From contig JAHBMJ010000443.1 of the NCBI GenBank assembly GCA_018398765.1, forward strand, positions 1 through 64,000: a stretch of 64,000 nucleotides of DNA, written 5' to 3'. The notes under the pieces were generated by a model that worked only from the letters and a program-made list of their open reading frames with translations, did no database searches and was not told the origin of the DNA. Below are positions 28,786-41,719 of this stretch, piece by piece. Numbering within the stretch: position 1 is the first letter of the stretch; every line of letters begins with the position of its first letter. The translations under genes and the position numbers were made by a program. Source of the stretch: Chromera velia. Lineage: Eukaryota.

Positions 28786-30918
28786 CGTGCGTGCATGCAG
28801 GTATCCGTCAGTTCTACGTGGCTGTCGAGAAGGAGGAGTGGAAGTTCGAGACCCTCTGCGACCTCTACGAGAGACTCACGATCGCTCAGGCGATCATTTA
28901 CTGCAACACCAGAAGGTTGGTTGATTGTTTTGTCGGGGATGTGGTTTCTGATGGAGTTTTCTTTCAGCAGAGGGGAGTAGATGGATGGCACTTGGTTGCT
29001 CTTCGTTGAGGGGGAAATTGAAAGGTCCTGTGCTCTCGTGGGCGGATTCTTGGAAAGAGGTTCAGAAGGCATGAGGAGTGGGTGCTGAGAAGGAGAGAGG
29101 GGGGGAGGGAGGGAGGGGTTTGAGCGTGCTCATTCTTTTGGTTCTGGCGATGCTGCCGAGATGGAATTCCGGAATTTGGCCGGATTTGTCATGTTTTTTT
29201 GCTGTGGACGTGTGTTTTCTTTTTGCTGTGTGTGTGCAGAAAGGTCGACTTCTTGACTGAGAACATGAACAAGAAGGACTTCACAGTCTCCTCGATGGTG
29301 GGTTTGATCGATCCATCACTGAACTTACTGGCAGGGCGTGGGTGTTCTCATCTTCTTCCAGTTTCCTTTTCTTGTCTCTTCCGCTTCTTCTGTGGATTGT
29401 GCGAGACGAATTGAGTGACCTCGAAAGAAGAGAAAGCGTTTGCAACAAATACGCAGCCTGTCGCACGATCATCATTTCCCCCTCTCCTGTTCGTCAGTTC
29501 GTTTGTGCGGAACGAGATCATGTCGAGGGGAGAGTTCGGCTCTTCTTTTCCTTTCTTTCTTCACTTCTGCTTTTCAAGCAACAAGAAAAGGGAGCACGGC
29601 ACTGCCACAAAAACACACACACACTCACTCACTTGCGCTCCTCCATTTCTTTTTGTGGGTGCAGCACGCAGAGCTGGAGCAGAAGGAGAGAGACCTGATC
29701 ATGAGGGAGTTCAGATCGGGCTCTACCCGTGTGCTCATCACCACAGATCTGCTCGCAAGAGGAATTGACGTCCAGCAGGTCAGTCTGTCACGTAGCTGCG
29801 TGGCCCCTCTTTGTTGTTTATTGTACTTTGTGTATGTGTGTGTGGAGATATTGAAAGAGACTGGTGTGGTGGAGACGACAACTAGAGAGAGCGGGGTAGA
29901 AGTTCGGAGCGTCTGGAAGCCGGGATGAGGGGAAGGAGAGAGAAAGATCATCAGAAGCCGAAGACAAGACCGACTCCTTCTCAAGAGCCTGTTTGTTTGT
30001 TCATTTGCAGTTGCCGTGTCTAGCTTCCTTCGTGCCCTGTGTACACACAAACAGACGAGGCTGGATTCCGCTTCCCCCCCATAAACACAAACAAACACAC
30101 GATGCCTTCTTTATCTCCATGCTTACGAGTAACATGTGTCAATGGGAATGTGGTAATGAGCCTGCAGGTGTCTCTGGTCATCAACTACGACCTCCCGATC
30201 TCGATGGAAAACTACCTGCATCGGTCGGTTCGTCGGTTGCGTTTTTGTGGGGTAGCTTTGGCTGCTTTTTTGGTTTTTTCTTTGTCCTTCTCTGTTAAGT
30301 CCTTTGACTCACCTCGTGGAGCAGCCTCTTCACTGTCTCTGTTCCTGTTTTCCGTGGGGGTGAAACGAAAATATACTTTTGTGGGCTTGTTGCGCTTCAG
30401 ATTGTTGTTGCGCGTACTGCAGCGTCAGTGAAGGACTTGTTCGCTCTTTTGCATCCCCCCCTTCCCCCCCCTTCGGTTGCAGTATCGGTCGATCCGGTCG
30501 TTTCGGTCGTAAGGGTGTCGCGATCAACTTCGTGACAGGCACCGACATGAGGAACTTGAAGGAGATCGAGAAGTACTACCACACGCAGATTGAGGAAATG
30601 CCAGCAGGGGTCAGTCAGCTTGTCAATTTGTTTTCTCAGTCAACTTCTGCCTTCTTCCCCGTGAGTCTGCATAAGATGTGGTCGAGAATCCGTATCATTA
30701 TGCCACACAATGCGTATTTCAGACGTGCATCGAGACAGTCGCTCAGGCACGCAGAAGAACACACAGAAAAAGATGCGTGTGGAGCTGGCCGCCAGCCGGA
30801 TTTGTCATTGAAATACTCTGTTACGGTTCTGCTGCACTTCCTGCATCAGTGAGTCTCTTATTCAATCCCACACCGGCTCCTTTATCTGGTCTCTCTGCAG
30901 GTGGGCGATCTTTTGTAA
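25128..30918 (+). CDS. eIF4A: Eukaryotic translation initiation factor 4A (DEAD-box helicase) with DRYG-rich N-terminal extension, 13 exons
   Basis: Exons 25128-25150, 25247-25408, 26009-26423, 26850-26927, 27173-27262, 27839-28015, 28300-28408, 28801-28915, 29240-29297, 29665-29778, 30168-30223, 30483-30609, 30901-30918. Motifs [75 protein letters not shown]. These match eIF4A-I/II rather than eIF4A-III. Confidence 0.97.
27448..27643. other. Assembly gap (N run) within an intronic (GT)n microsatellite
   Basis: Run of N flanked by GT repeats in eIF4A intron 5. Confidence 0.99.
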
Positions 30919-33900
30919 ATCTGCTGCCACTGTCGGCCAGGGGGTTGGAAAGAGGGAAGGAAGGGCAGAGGGGAATGGAAGGTGCGCGTTCGGACTCACT
31001 GACGGGCGCCTATTGGTGTCGTGAAGGTCTCTGGAGAAAATCAAAAGACTCCTTTGCCCCTCTCTGTCCGTCTCCCTAGCTTCTGACTCTTCGGGGGTAG
31101 GGGGGGATGCAGACTAGACCAGTCTGTAAGTCTCTTTGATTCTGCCTCGTCTTTCTTTCTTCTCTTGTCTGGAGAGATGCTTGAAGAGCTTTTGGTTTTG
31201 AAAAAGTGAAATGAAGTTTCGATTCGTTTGGAGGGCATGTTCGGGAGGGGGGGTGGGGGGGAGAGACGGGACGTATGTCGTGAAGAGGGTCTTTGAAAGT
31301 TCCAAATCGAATATTTCTTCATTAGAATGGCATGCAGGGTTCACGCATGATGTGTGCAGAGATGGGGTTGGGTGGGTGTGTGATCGTATTCGCATCGTTC
31401 CTTTTGTTTGTTTGTTTGTTTCTTTCCTTGCCTCTTCTTTTCTCTCTTTTTCTACTGTGCTCTTTGTGTTGCGTCTGTCTTGGCCTCTATGTGACGCCGT
31501 GTTTGCATGCCGGTGTGAAATCTTTCCTTCCTCCGCTATGTTTGCATGCCTCTTTTTGACTTTGTTCCCGGTCACCTTAGTTCAACCAACCAACCTACCC
31601 CCTGATTGATTGACTGTATGCCAATCAAAGAAAGAAAAAAAGGGGGGGAGAGAGGCAGAGTCTTGAGAGGGCTGCCGTTTTTGTGCCTTCTTTGTTTGTT
31701 TTGTCTGTCTGTCTGATGTTCTGTCTGTTTCTTCGCACGCGTTTTGTCTCTTCACCTCTACCTGCAAAATCGAAGTGTGTTTGTGGATGCGTGTGAAGGT
31801 CTGCCAGATGCTTGCTTGATTCATCGTGAAACGACAAAGAATGAAAGAGGAAAAGAGAAAGAGAGAGCAGCTTGACGTCAAAGCTTCAAGCGATAGATGT
31901 TGGCCCGAATCGGCCACTCGACTCCACTTTCTCTACTCCGCTCTGTCTGTCGATTGACGCACGCAAGCAAGATCAAAAGTTTGGAATAAAACAGACAACT
32001 TTCTTTCCTTCCTTTCCTTGGAAATATCTTCTAGTTGGTCATTCCTGTCAAGAGTTACCCCATTACGCTTCATGTGAAGACAACAGATCAAGTCGACAAG
32101 TCAGTGAGACAATATCAAGACCACAATGCAACGAAGTCAGTGCGTAGTTGTGCAGACTGACTGTACGACGAGACCATGCAGCCTATTGACAGTCGTTCAT
32201 TCGTTTTGTTGTTTTGTCCTTGCGCTGGTCCAAGTTAGGGAGAAGAGAAGGAGGTTGTAGTCCACTCGTCTGAATCTGTCGAATGAAAAGAAATCAGACA
32301 GACACAGAGAGAGAGAGAGAGACAAGTTCTGTTTGTTGTCTGGTTGGTTGGTTGTCTGAAAAAAAGAAAAACCGGAGAAGAGAAAGAAAACACGCAAGTC
32401 TCCTGTTTTTCAGAAAAGAAAACCGTTTGTGCCTGTTCTGCCAGCATTTGTTTGTGGGAGACGAGCAGAGAGGGGTACGGGGGAGCTCTCAAGAGGCCAG
32501 GAGTGTCTCGCCCCCTCCCTCCCTTTCTGCATGGCTTTGGGAGGACTTGGCCGAGATGGTCAAGAAGAGAAGGGAAGGAAGGTGGTTTGTTTATGCGCTA
32601 GAGACGGAAGACAGAAGGGGGAAAGGAAAAGAAGAGATTGCAATGAAGACATCCATCAGGTAATCAATCTGATTTTTTCATGCAGGGAAGGAGTCACTTA
32701 GTCGGTCAGACGGGCAGTAGTTTCTGTACAGAGCCGCCTACTCATTGAAACAAAACGACCGAAGGACTCGTTCTTGCACTCTCTGTCTTTCTCTGTTCCT
32801 TCTTTCTTCTTCCTTATGCCGTCAGGCGCGTGCTGCATGCCTTCCTTCCTCTCCCGTTCTCTTCTCTTCTCTGACCCTCGAAGTTAAGTTCTCTGCCAGC
32901 CTGCCTGCCTGCCTGCCTGTCCTTCCTTCCATTCTCTCTTCCTTCCCAACTTTCGAGCCGTCGCTCTCGCCCTTGTCAGTCAATCCATTGACAAATGCAG
33001 GCACGGGCTGGCTTTCTCTGCCTTTTCTTCTCTGACAGTTGACTTGACTTCCTCATTTCCCCCCCCTCGTCTGTCTGATGGGGGGCGCGTGCATGCGTGT
33101 ATACGCATACACTCACCCTCACAGACAGATAGAAACGAATTCACAATGAAGGCAAACAGCTTCTTCAGGGAGAGAAGGAAGAGAGGTTGGAGGGTTGACT
33201 GTTCGGTAGAGAATTGAATTGAGGCGAAAGAATGGAAGGCAGTGATCGATCCTCTCCTGCATAGCTGCACGGTTTTGTCAATCTGTCAGCGAGAAAAACA
33301 GCCTGCTGGCTGCCCGGTTTTCATATGTTTGTCTTTTCGCACTCCTTGGAGACTCCGAGGAAGGAAGGAAGGAAGGAAAGATTCATTCAGTCAAGGATCA
33401 AACACAGAGCAGGACGACTATTCATGCTCTCCCTTTTCCCCCACCTCCTCTCTCTCTGTTTATCGACCGTCTACACATTCCTCCTCCCTTCCCTCCCTGT
33501 TAGTTCTTTTCATTCTTGTTAGTCCAACTGCCTGCCCATCGAAAGAGAAGACTGATGTCCTGCCTTCCTTCCTTCCTTCCTTCCTTTTTGTCGAGGTACG
33601 GCGTTCTGGTGGGTCATGGCAGAGGTGTAGATGGAAACGTCGAGAGGCACCTGCCCTTTCCCAAGTCGAGAAAGAGAGAGAGGAGGGGGACACTCTCCAC
33701 ATGTTGCAACCCTCCCTCTCTGAAGGCCCGGCCCTCCCCTTCATACCGCCCGCAGGTGAACAGAACGCCTGCAGCTGGCGCATAGACAGAAGCACAAATG
33801 TTGAGGAGATCTCGTCGCAGACGTACAGAAAGGGAAAGAAACAACAAAAGAAAGGTTGTTTGACAACGTTCAATTTGTCAGCCAGTTGGGGAAGCGATCA

Positions 33901-36809
33901 AAGGACAGACCGCGCAATCAATCAATCGATGACCTGGCCATCTTTCCTGTAAGTCGTTCTCAGGGTTGAAGAGAAAACGGGAAAAAAGACAACGGGGAGG
34001 TACGTGCAGCAATTTGAATTCGTTCCGTTTCCCCCACTGCCACCTTCAGTCAGTCAAAACGTTCGACAAATCGATCGTCAATTCTCTTTTTCGATTGCGA
34101 AAGCAAAAGTCTGCCTCGATCTTGAGCGTGCGTGTGTTCGTGCGTGGGTATCTCTGGCAGCACACCGATGTGATTCAATGCGCTCCCTTAATTAATGAAT
34201 TTGTTCATCGTAAACCGGATCTCCATCGATTGCGATACATGCATGCATACATGCATATACGTACGTGACTCGCAAACATGCATATGAATGGATGTGTGAA
34301 TTCAGTGCATGACAGTCATGCATAGTATACAATTTACTTGAGAACTATTCAAAACCTAGTTCAGAACACAACCTCAGCTCCTATATATAAACGATGGTTT
34401 ATTTTATACGCAGTGTGGTACGCTTTACTAGCTGCTTTAGGTTTTAAGCTAGGGTGAGGTGTTAAGAGTTATTCTTTTAGTTTGGTTACCGGCCGGCCGG
34501 GTTACTAATTTACGGCTACTAAGTTAGGCTTAAAGTGCTAAAGCTTCCAATAACGGTTATCCCTAGCCTACGACCCTACTAGGGACCTTAGGGTTATCCT
34601 AACTTCTATTTATAAGGTGGTAAGGTCTTAAAACGTCTAATAAAACGTATGATAACGGTTATATTAACTTGTATTATAAGTTGTATATATAAGAAGACTC
34701 TCTGGGCCGGGGTATTACAGCAAAAAAACAATACTTAAAGCCAATTCTGGCTTACTGCACCGGTGTAGCCTATTGGGCAGGTTTGCGTATCCCCATAATT
34801 GAATTTTGCCCCATACGAAAAAATTTTGGCATCGCTTTCTCCCCCGAGCGATCCCGGAGGCGTACAGAGCCCAGAAAGGTGCCAAATTGGTCCCCAGAGG
34901 CCGCTGAGTGCGATGATGTAAAAATCTGGACCAAAACTTTCCGGGGCCACTCTCAAAATCCCGAAATTATGCTCAGACTGCTCAAAAAGCACTCAAACAT
35001 TCACAGAGGGCTCAGTTCCTTGAAGTTCTCCCTTGCCTTGCTTTCTCTCTAGTTGTCTACAGCAATACAGATAGTCAAAGTCACACCATTCCACGCCCTT
35101 AGCACCCGATAGCTTATGTCTATGTTGGGGTGAAGTCTTGTGGAACAGTTGGCCTGTTTGAACGTGTTTGGTATTTGCAATCTGGAGGAGTGAGGAAACG
35201 ACCTGTCAGGCCTCCAGAGCAACATTCGCTCTTTACACCAAGAAGTCATGACAGTCGCCCCCGACAATTTTGTTGAAGGCTCTATGTCTACTGTCATCCT
35301 CTAGGAGCAATGGGATCGGTTTCTGGTGCGTCTGCTAGTTTTGGGAAGGTGAGATTGTTTTATCCTTTTGTTGTTAAGAAATGGTGTCTCTGGACCATTG
35401 ATCGATTTCCACTTCCCCTGGTAGGTCGTTCTCTCTTGCTCATTCCCTTTAGACATGATTGTATGAGTGTTGAGAAGTACTTCTGTGCGCTGAATACAGG
35501 TTGGAGGCATTCAAGGAAGAAAAAGGTCTTCCGGCGATTTCACATAGAACGCCCTCTGGAGTGTATCTTTATGTCATTCACCAGACTTGTTGACTGAAGT
35601 CCACAGTGCTGCAACCAATGGCATTCTTGATCCCCTGTTGGAACTGAGTTTCTCAGACCATGTGGACTGTGTTGGTGTGCATTTTGTCATTATTGATGCA
35701 TCACAGCCCTTTCTGGACTTCTGAGTCCAGGGAAGCCTCTTTAGCGTCCTCACTGCAGGTGTTAGACCTCAGACGTCCGTTTTTTAGACTCCCTGTATGT
35801 TTAGGAGCCGTTTTTTCTGCATCAAACAGCTAAAAAGAGTTTAGAAAGGCAATCTAATATCTTTTAGGGTAGTTAAATCAAGTTCAGCAAAGGGAAGACA
35901 GATAGGCAGGGCAGTTCCCTTCCTTCCCATACAAAACAAATTTGGCGTCACCTTCTCCCCCACCCTCGGAATTATGGGGATATCCAAACTTGCCCAATGG
36001 GCTACCCTGGTGCGACTTTTTTTTTTTGACTGATGATGTATGTTAAGTGATAAACAACTGTTATTCACGTGTTGTATAATGGAGATTCTAGGAAATTGAT
36101 AGTCTCTTCCAACAGTTGAGATCTTATGTTGTCTGTGCATAAATATGTTAGTAGGAGCACACGGTCAATCTACCATAATCCAGTACAATCCAACAGGCTG
36201 CTTTCTGATTTAATTGGAATTTATCGAATACATACTAATTAAACGACATACAAAAAATGTATGCATGCAAAAGCCTTCGGAGACTGAGGCTTCGCATACA
36301 CGCCGAGCTAAATATTAATAGCTCAAAATCAGCATGCCAATTAATTGCAGTATTACGTCGATCCTTGTAAGCCGATGGATAGACTTTAGGTATGATTAGA
36401 GAACACACATAGTGTCCCGCGTACGACGCCCCTCCGTATCCATACCACTGTCTTTTGTCTATCGTTGACGGTTCTCAGGTGCAGCACTTGCGGAAGCAAA
36501 CGACAACAAAAGGCTGTAACGTTGAAAATCAGTCATATGTAGATTATTTTAGAACAAAACAAAGAAAAGACAAACGCGCCTTCCAAAGAGAACGAAGACC
36601 ATCATCACCAGTCCGATGGACTATAGATATGAACAAATCAAGCAAAAACAAAACAGGCCGTCTCAAAATATATAACTCCAAAAACAGAAAAGTAAGTTCG
36701 TCAATCAGGACAACCGCAGGTACATTACAAGAAAGAAGGGTCCGGATAAGATGAGAGGATATTAGGCCCCTCTTAGCCGAAACAGAAGGAACACAGGAGA
36801 TTGTGTAAC

Positions 36810-38981
36810 TGTTGTTTAGACCCATGCACATAGCAAGCCTTCTTACCAAGCTCTTTGCCCTGCTTATGGATTATCGTTTCCGTCTGAGAACGAGGATCGA
36901 TGACAGACAGATAGGCTTTAGGAAAGGGGTCGGAACTAGAGAGGCGATTCATGTTTTGTTTACTTTATCTAAAACTGTAAGAAACAAGAAGAGACCGTTG
37001 TTTGCTTCCTTTGTGGACTTCAGTAAGGCATTTGATAAAGTAGACAGGAAAAAACTGATAGACAGGCTTAAGGATTCGAAGAAGGGCTGGGGGAGGGGGA
37101 CATTCGAATGATTCATGCGATGCATGTCAAAGTAATGGGGAAGATTGAGGGCGTGGACAATATGTTTGAGGAAGGAACAGGAGTCAAACAAGGGGACCCA
37201 CTCTCTCCTCTCCTCTTTTTTCTCTTTATCAATAATATCTATACCTCCATTAGCCTTCAATGCAGGAAGCTCCGGCAAGAGGAACGACCAAACCTTCCCG
37301 AGGAAGCGAGTACCCGATGGAGGGGGGAGTTAGAGGCTTAGCCCAGATCGAGCCTTAAACTCCTCCCCCCCAGACAAATCTCCGATAGAAGTGAGGTTAG
37401 GAGACCTACTGCTGGAGAGCATTGGATATGCTGATGACCTTGTCATCTTCGGACACTCCTCCCAAGACCTCCAGAAGAGGATTGATCGGTTGGCTACCTA
37501 TTATGATAAGTGGGGGCTGACGGTGAATCTAAAGAAGACAAAGATGATGAGATTGATAGGTAGAGGGGGGGTAGATAAAATTCGTTTCAAGGGTCGGACG
37601 GTCGAGTAGGTGGAGAGTTACAGATATCTTGGCTGTCAGGTTTTTTCTAATACAAACCCCTGCAAGTCTGTAACCGCCAGACTTGAAGCCACAGAAAGGG
37701 GAGTTAGGGGGGCTATGGGTCTGTGTGCATCAATAGGTATGCTCTCCCCCCACAGTTGCATATCCCTTTTCAAGGGGATGTGGGAGCCCGCCGCCACCTA
37801 TTCCAGATCTCTTGAAGCTCTCCCCATTCAAGAATCTGACATCCAATGCTTAGACTCCCTCCAGCTTCGTTTTATGCATTAGTCTCTCCGTCTGCCCTGG
37901 AATTCTTTTGTGTTTCCCACTTTTACAGCCGTTGGGCTGAGGCCCATGAGAGAGATTCTCAGTATTAAAGTGGGGGGGTATTTGAGAAGTCTCTCCCTTG
38001 CTCGATTGGCTTTGCCTCAAGCATTGTGGGCATGCCACAGGAGGGGGGAGTTAAGGGCGTGGTCGGGGTCTGCAAAGAAGCTTGTGCAACCCATCAGTCC
38101 TGCCTTCCTAGAAGGTGAACCAGATGAGGTCGATTTCAGAACATCAGATAACAAGCTGAGAAGGGGAGTGAAAAACAGAGAGGTGAACGAATGGATGGGG
38201 GACTGGGTAAACCCGGGCTATCCCGGTCTCTATTACAGAAAGGAGAGGGGGGAGGCAGGGGAGACAAGGAATGCATGGGAGCATGTCTTTCCCTCCGTTT
38301 GTTTGCCTGACCGAATATTAGAAGGAGAATAGTAGCAGCCAACGTTTTGTAAAATTGGTTTTCGGAAGCTTGGTGGAGGGGAGGGAGGGCTCATAATCTG
38401 CCTCAGCGGAACCTCTCCCCAAGCAGCTTTTGTCTTCCCCCAGGGCAGTTTTCCGCCCTTTGTTGTGCGCCATTGTTGGAGGGGGGGCAAACCATGGGGG
38501 GAGGGTTGAATCAATTTGCAAAGCCTGTGAAGAGAAAAGTTTAGAGAAATTGATTGACGATCCGATTTATTGTCTGACAACTTGTGTCCGAACGGAGGGG
38601 CCGCAGGGGAGACTGAGTGATCTCTGGTATAGGCGACTGGAGCGTATGTCAATAGAAAAACTGTATGAGCATGAAGAGAGATAGGAAGCCCGAGGGGGTA
38701 GGGGGGTAGGGCAGGCCGAGGAGCGGGTAAGGCGGTACTTCTCGCTTCTTCTTCAGAGGGACGCCCAAAAGGCCAGTGCCCTCATTGCTGTATGCCTAGG
38801 ACCGGACTGATCGATCCTGGGGAGCAGAGTTCTGCTAGCTAGTAGTCCTAAAGTTCGGCCGCTTTAGGTGAGCATTCGCTAGCGTGCTCCTAGCTTGCAA
38901 TATGACATGAATGTTGACAGACTGCCCTTTGTTATTGGAACACGATGGCTGGCGGGTTAAGTCACCTCATCATCATCATCA
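36810..38981 (+). mobile_element. 5'-truncated, degenerate LINE (non-LTR retrotransposon) RT with (CAT)n tail
   Basis: FRPM…QIGFRKG…FVDFSKAFDKVDR…GVKQGDPLSPLLF…YADDL…GLTVNLKKTK…YRYLG, plus a C-terminal CKAC…Y(H)CLTTC knuckle. Several stops and frameshifts. Ends in TCATCATCATCATCA at 38967-38981. Confidence 0.93.
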
Positions 38982-40870
38982 GGTGTTGCACAACTGTTGC
39001 TTAGCTGTTGCAAGAAAAAAAAAAAAGAATAATTAAAGCTAATTCTGGTTTACCTTTTTTTTTTGTTGCTGTAATATACGCCTTGAAGATTCTTTAGCCA
39101 AAGGAACTGAGTCTTTGAATCACTAAATATTTAAAGCCTTAATCAGTTAATTATCGCTAGCTTTCCCTCTCACCTTCCAGTATGTAACTATATATTTAAA
39201 GACCCTAAAATTTTGGCGCCCTTCCCCTACCCTCCCCCTGATTTCCAAGTAAATCTTCAAACATCTCTAACAATTTTTGGGGATAGAATATGATTAAATA
39301 AAGCTTAGAAACATAATTGGGATGCTTAGTTTCACTAGTAGCGCTACAGATCGAACATCCTAGTAATTTATAGATTGAACATAAGGAAGGTGCTCCAAAT
39401 GTCAGGTTTGGATATCCCAACCCATTTTGGAGAGATCCAAAGGCTAGACTAAAGCTCCAATCCATCTCCTTCATATTAGGGTACATAATCGAACTAGTAA
39501 TCGAATATGTTGAATCAAAAAAGACTTTTAATTCATTCATTTTGAATTAATTATTTAAATATGCACTGGCACGCTTGCAGGTCGATCGAAAAGATTACAT
39601 GATGCATGCACAATGTAATTAAAAGCTTGCTCCGCCACACTGAAGTATGTGGCGGCAACGGAAAAGGTGAAGTGCTTTGCGTGTGGTGTGTGTGTATATG
39701 ACGGATGTGTGAATGTACTATTTCACTTCCATTTACTTTTTTCGTTTAGTTTTTGTTTCATTTTCGAATCTGTTTTTTTTTTTTCTTTTTCCTGATCGAT
39801 CCGTGGCAAAATACATCTAAAGACATGAAGTCAATTGTTGGAATCATGGAATGGTTTCAGTTGGAGAGAAAAATTAGGGTTGATGAATTTTACGTCCAAG
39901 GACGCAGGTAGAAACTGGCTACAAGACAAGAAGTGGAGAGGGGAGCAGATAGAGGACGCTGTTTTATCGCCAGAATATGCCACGACCAGGGAGGGTTTGT
40001 ACTTTGAGGCACTCAGCCCGTCCGCTCGTCTGTCAGGTCTCCTTTGGGCCTTCTGAAGAGGAGACGGGTTGAGCCGATAAATACCTCTTTCTCTTTTTTG
40101 TTTTGTCTCCCCCCGGCTAACAATGTACTCCTGTCAGTTGAGTCTTGTCTCTGTCGACGATCGCTTTTCTTTTCCCCCATGCCCCCGTGATTCTCTGTTC
40201 GATCTGATTGATCTGCCTAGATTCACTCACTCGCCCTCCGTCTCTTGATCTCACACGATTCTCACACAAAGCATGCAAGCAGAGATTATGATGATCAAAT
40301 GTACCTCCAGGCTTCACTCGTCCTTTTCAAATTTGTCTCTCTTGTTCTTTGTTCTCTCTTTCACGGTGAAGAGAGAAGAAAGAGAAGAGCGAAAGGCAAG
40401 ACGAGCACGAATGGACTCTACAAGTGCCTTGGAGGGAGGGAGAGAAGGCAGACAGTAAAGACGAAGGAAGGGAAAAGGGAAGAGAGAAAAGAGGAAATGA
40501 CAGAGAACAAGGCATGAAATGCTCATGCAAGAGAGAAGACCGTTCTCACACTTCTTTCATTCTTCTTGATCATTTGCGGATATGAGTAAGAGACTCTTAT
40601 TTTTTTTCACACTTTGCTGAGTTGCCACAGGTGAGGTATGAAATTTCCGCCTTCAGTCGACCAATGCTGTCTGGTCCCAGTCTGTCCCCCTCTCCTGCAC
40701 GCTCTTTCAACCTTCCACCTGGAGAGAGAGAGTGAACGAGCAAAAGAGCGAGTAAGAAGAAAGAAACCAAGCAAAACAGAGAGGACGATATGAGGCGCCT
40801 CTGCCATCAACCAGACAACAACCAGACAGCAGCTACAGAGAGAGGGTTCCAGGGAGATGTCATCTTTCCC

Positions 40871-41640
40871 TCAGATGCGGGGAGCAAGCTCGCCGAGGAA
40901 CTGCAAACACAAACCAGAGAAAAGGAAAACAGAACAAAGTATCACAAAAGGGCTCATGGAGCACCAAAAATGAAAACACAATACCACACATAGGTGAATT
41001 GTTGCTATCTGCCCGCGCAAGCGACGAAAGATCGAAAAGAGTAGACGACAGCGGTCTTTCAGACTTGCACCCATCACACAAAAACTCTGAACACAGAAGC
41101 AGCCTAAGACAAAAAAGCCCCGTCCTGTCCCCTCAAGATTACTCGCCCGACCTGTCCGTAAGTGACACCCCTGCAGAGAGCGGACTTCCCTCCCAGCCCG
41201 TCGAATCGAACGAAGATTCCCCGAATGTCCGCGTTGCTCGCACGGACTCCGTAGGCCCACAGGAGGTCACGAAGCTCGTCACCGCTCACATATCCGTCTC
41301 CGTCGCTGCACAGACACAATCACGTCGTTTGACAATGGTTAATCCTGCACAATGCCAATCTGTGTTGGTGAGATGTGATAACCTCAGCTTGATGAAAGGT
41401 TTCATGAGCGGGAGAGAAAAAGACTGGGGGTGAAGGAAGTACGAGGAGAAATCAAGACGTCACTGGGGCGCCTACTCCCAACAGGCGTCAATCGAAAGAC
41501 CGGAGAGGAACAGCCACCAAAAAGACCGATGTTATTCAAACACACGAACCAGCCCACTGACCGGTCTGCGAGCACGTAGGCCTCATACATGTCGACGCCG
41601 ATGAAGGCTCTCTTCAGTTCGGCAGCCTGTCGCTCAACCT

Positions 41641-41719
<79 letters not shown>

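Noticed and set aside
35050..35800. Degraded minus-strand coding-like sequence in the TE island
   Set aside because: Many stops and no recognisable motif, so no product can be assigned.
36795..39004. Possible LINE target-site duplication (TTGTGTAACTGTTGTTTAG vs TTGCACAACTGTTGCTTAG)
   Set aside because: Four mismatches in 19 nt, and the left copy overlaps the element's own FRP motif. It cannot be distinguished from chance without family alignment.
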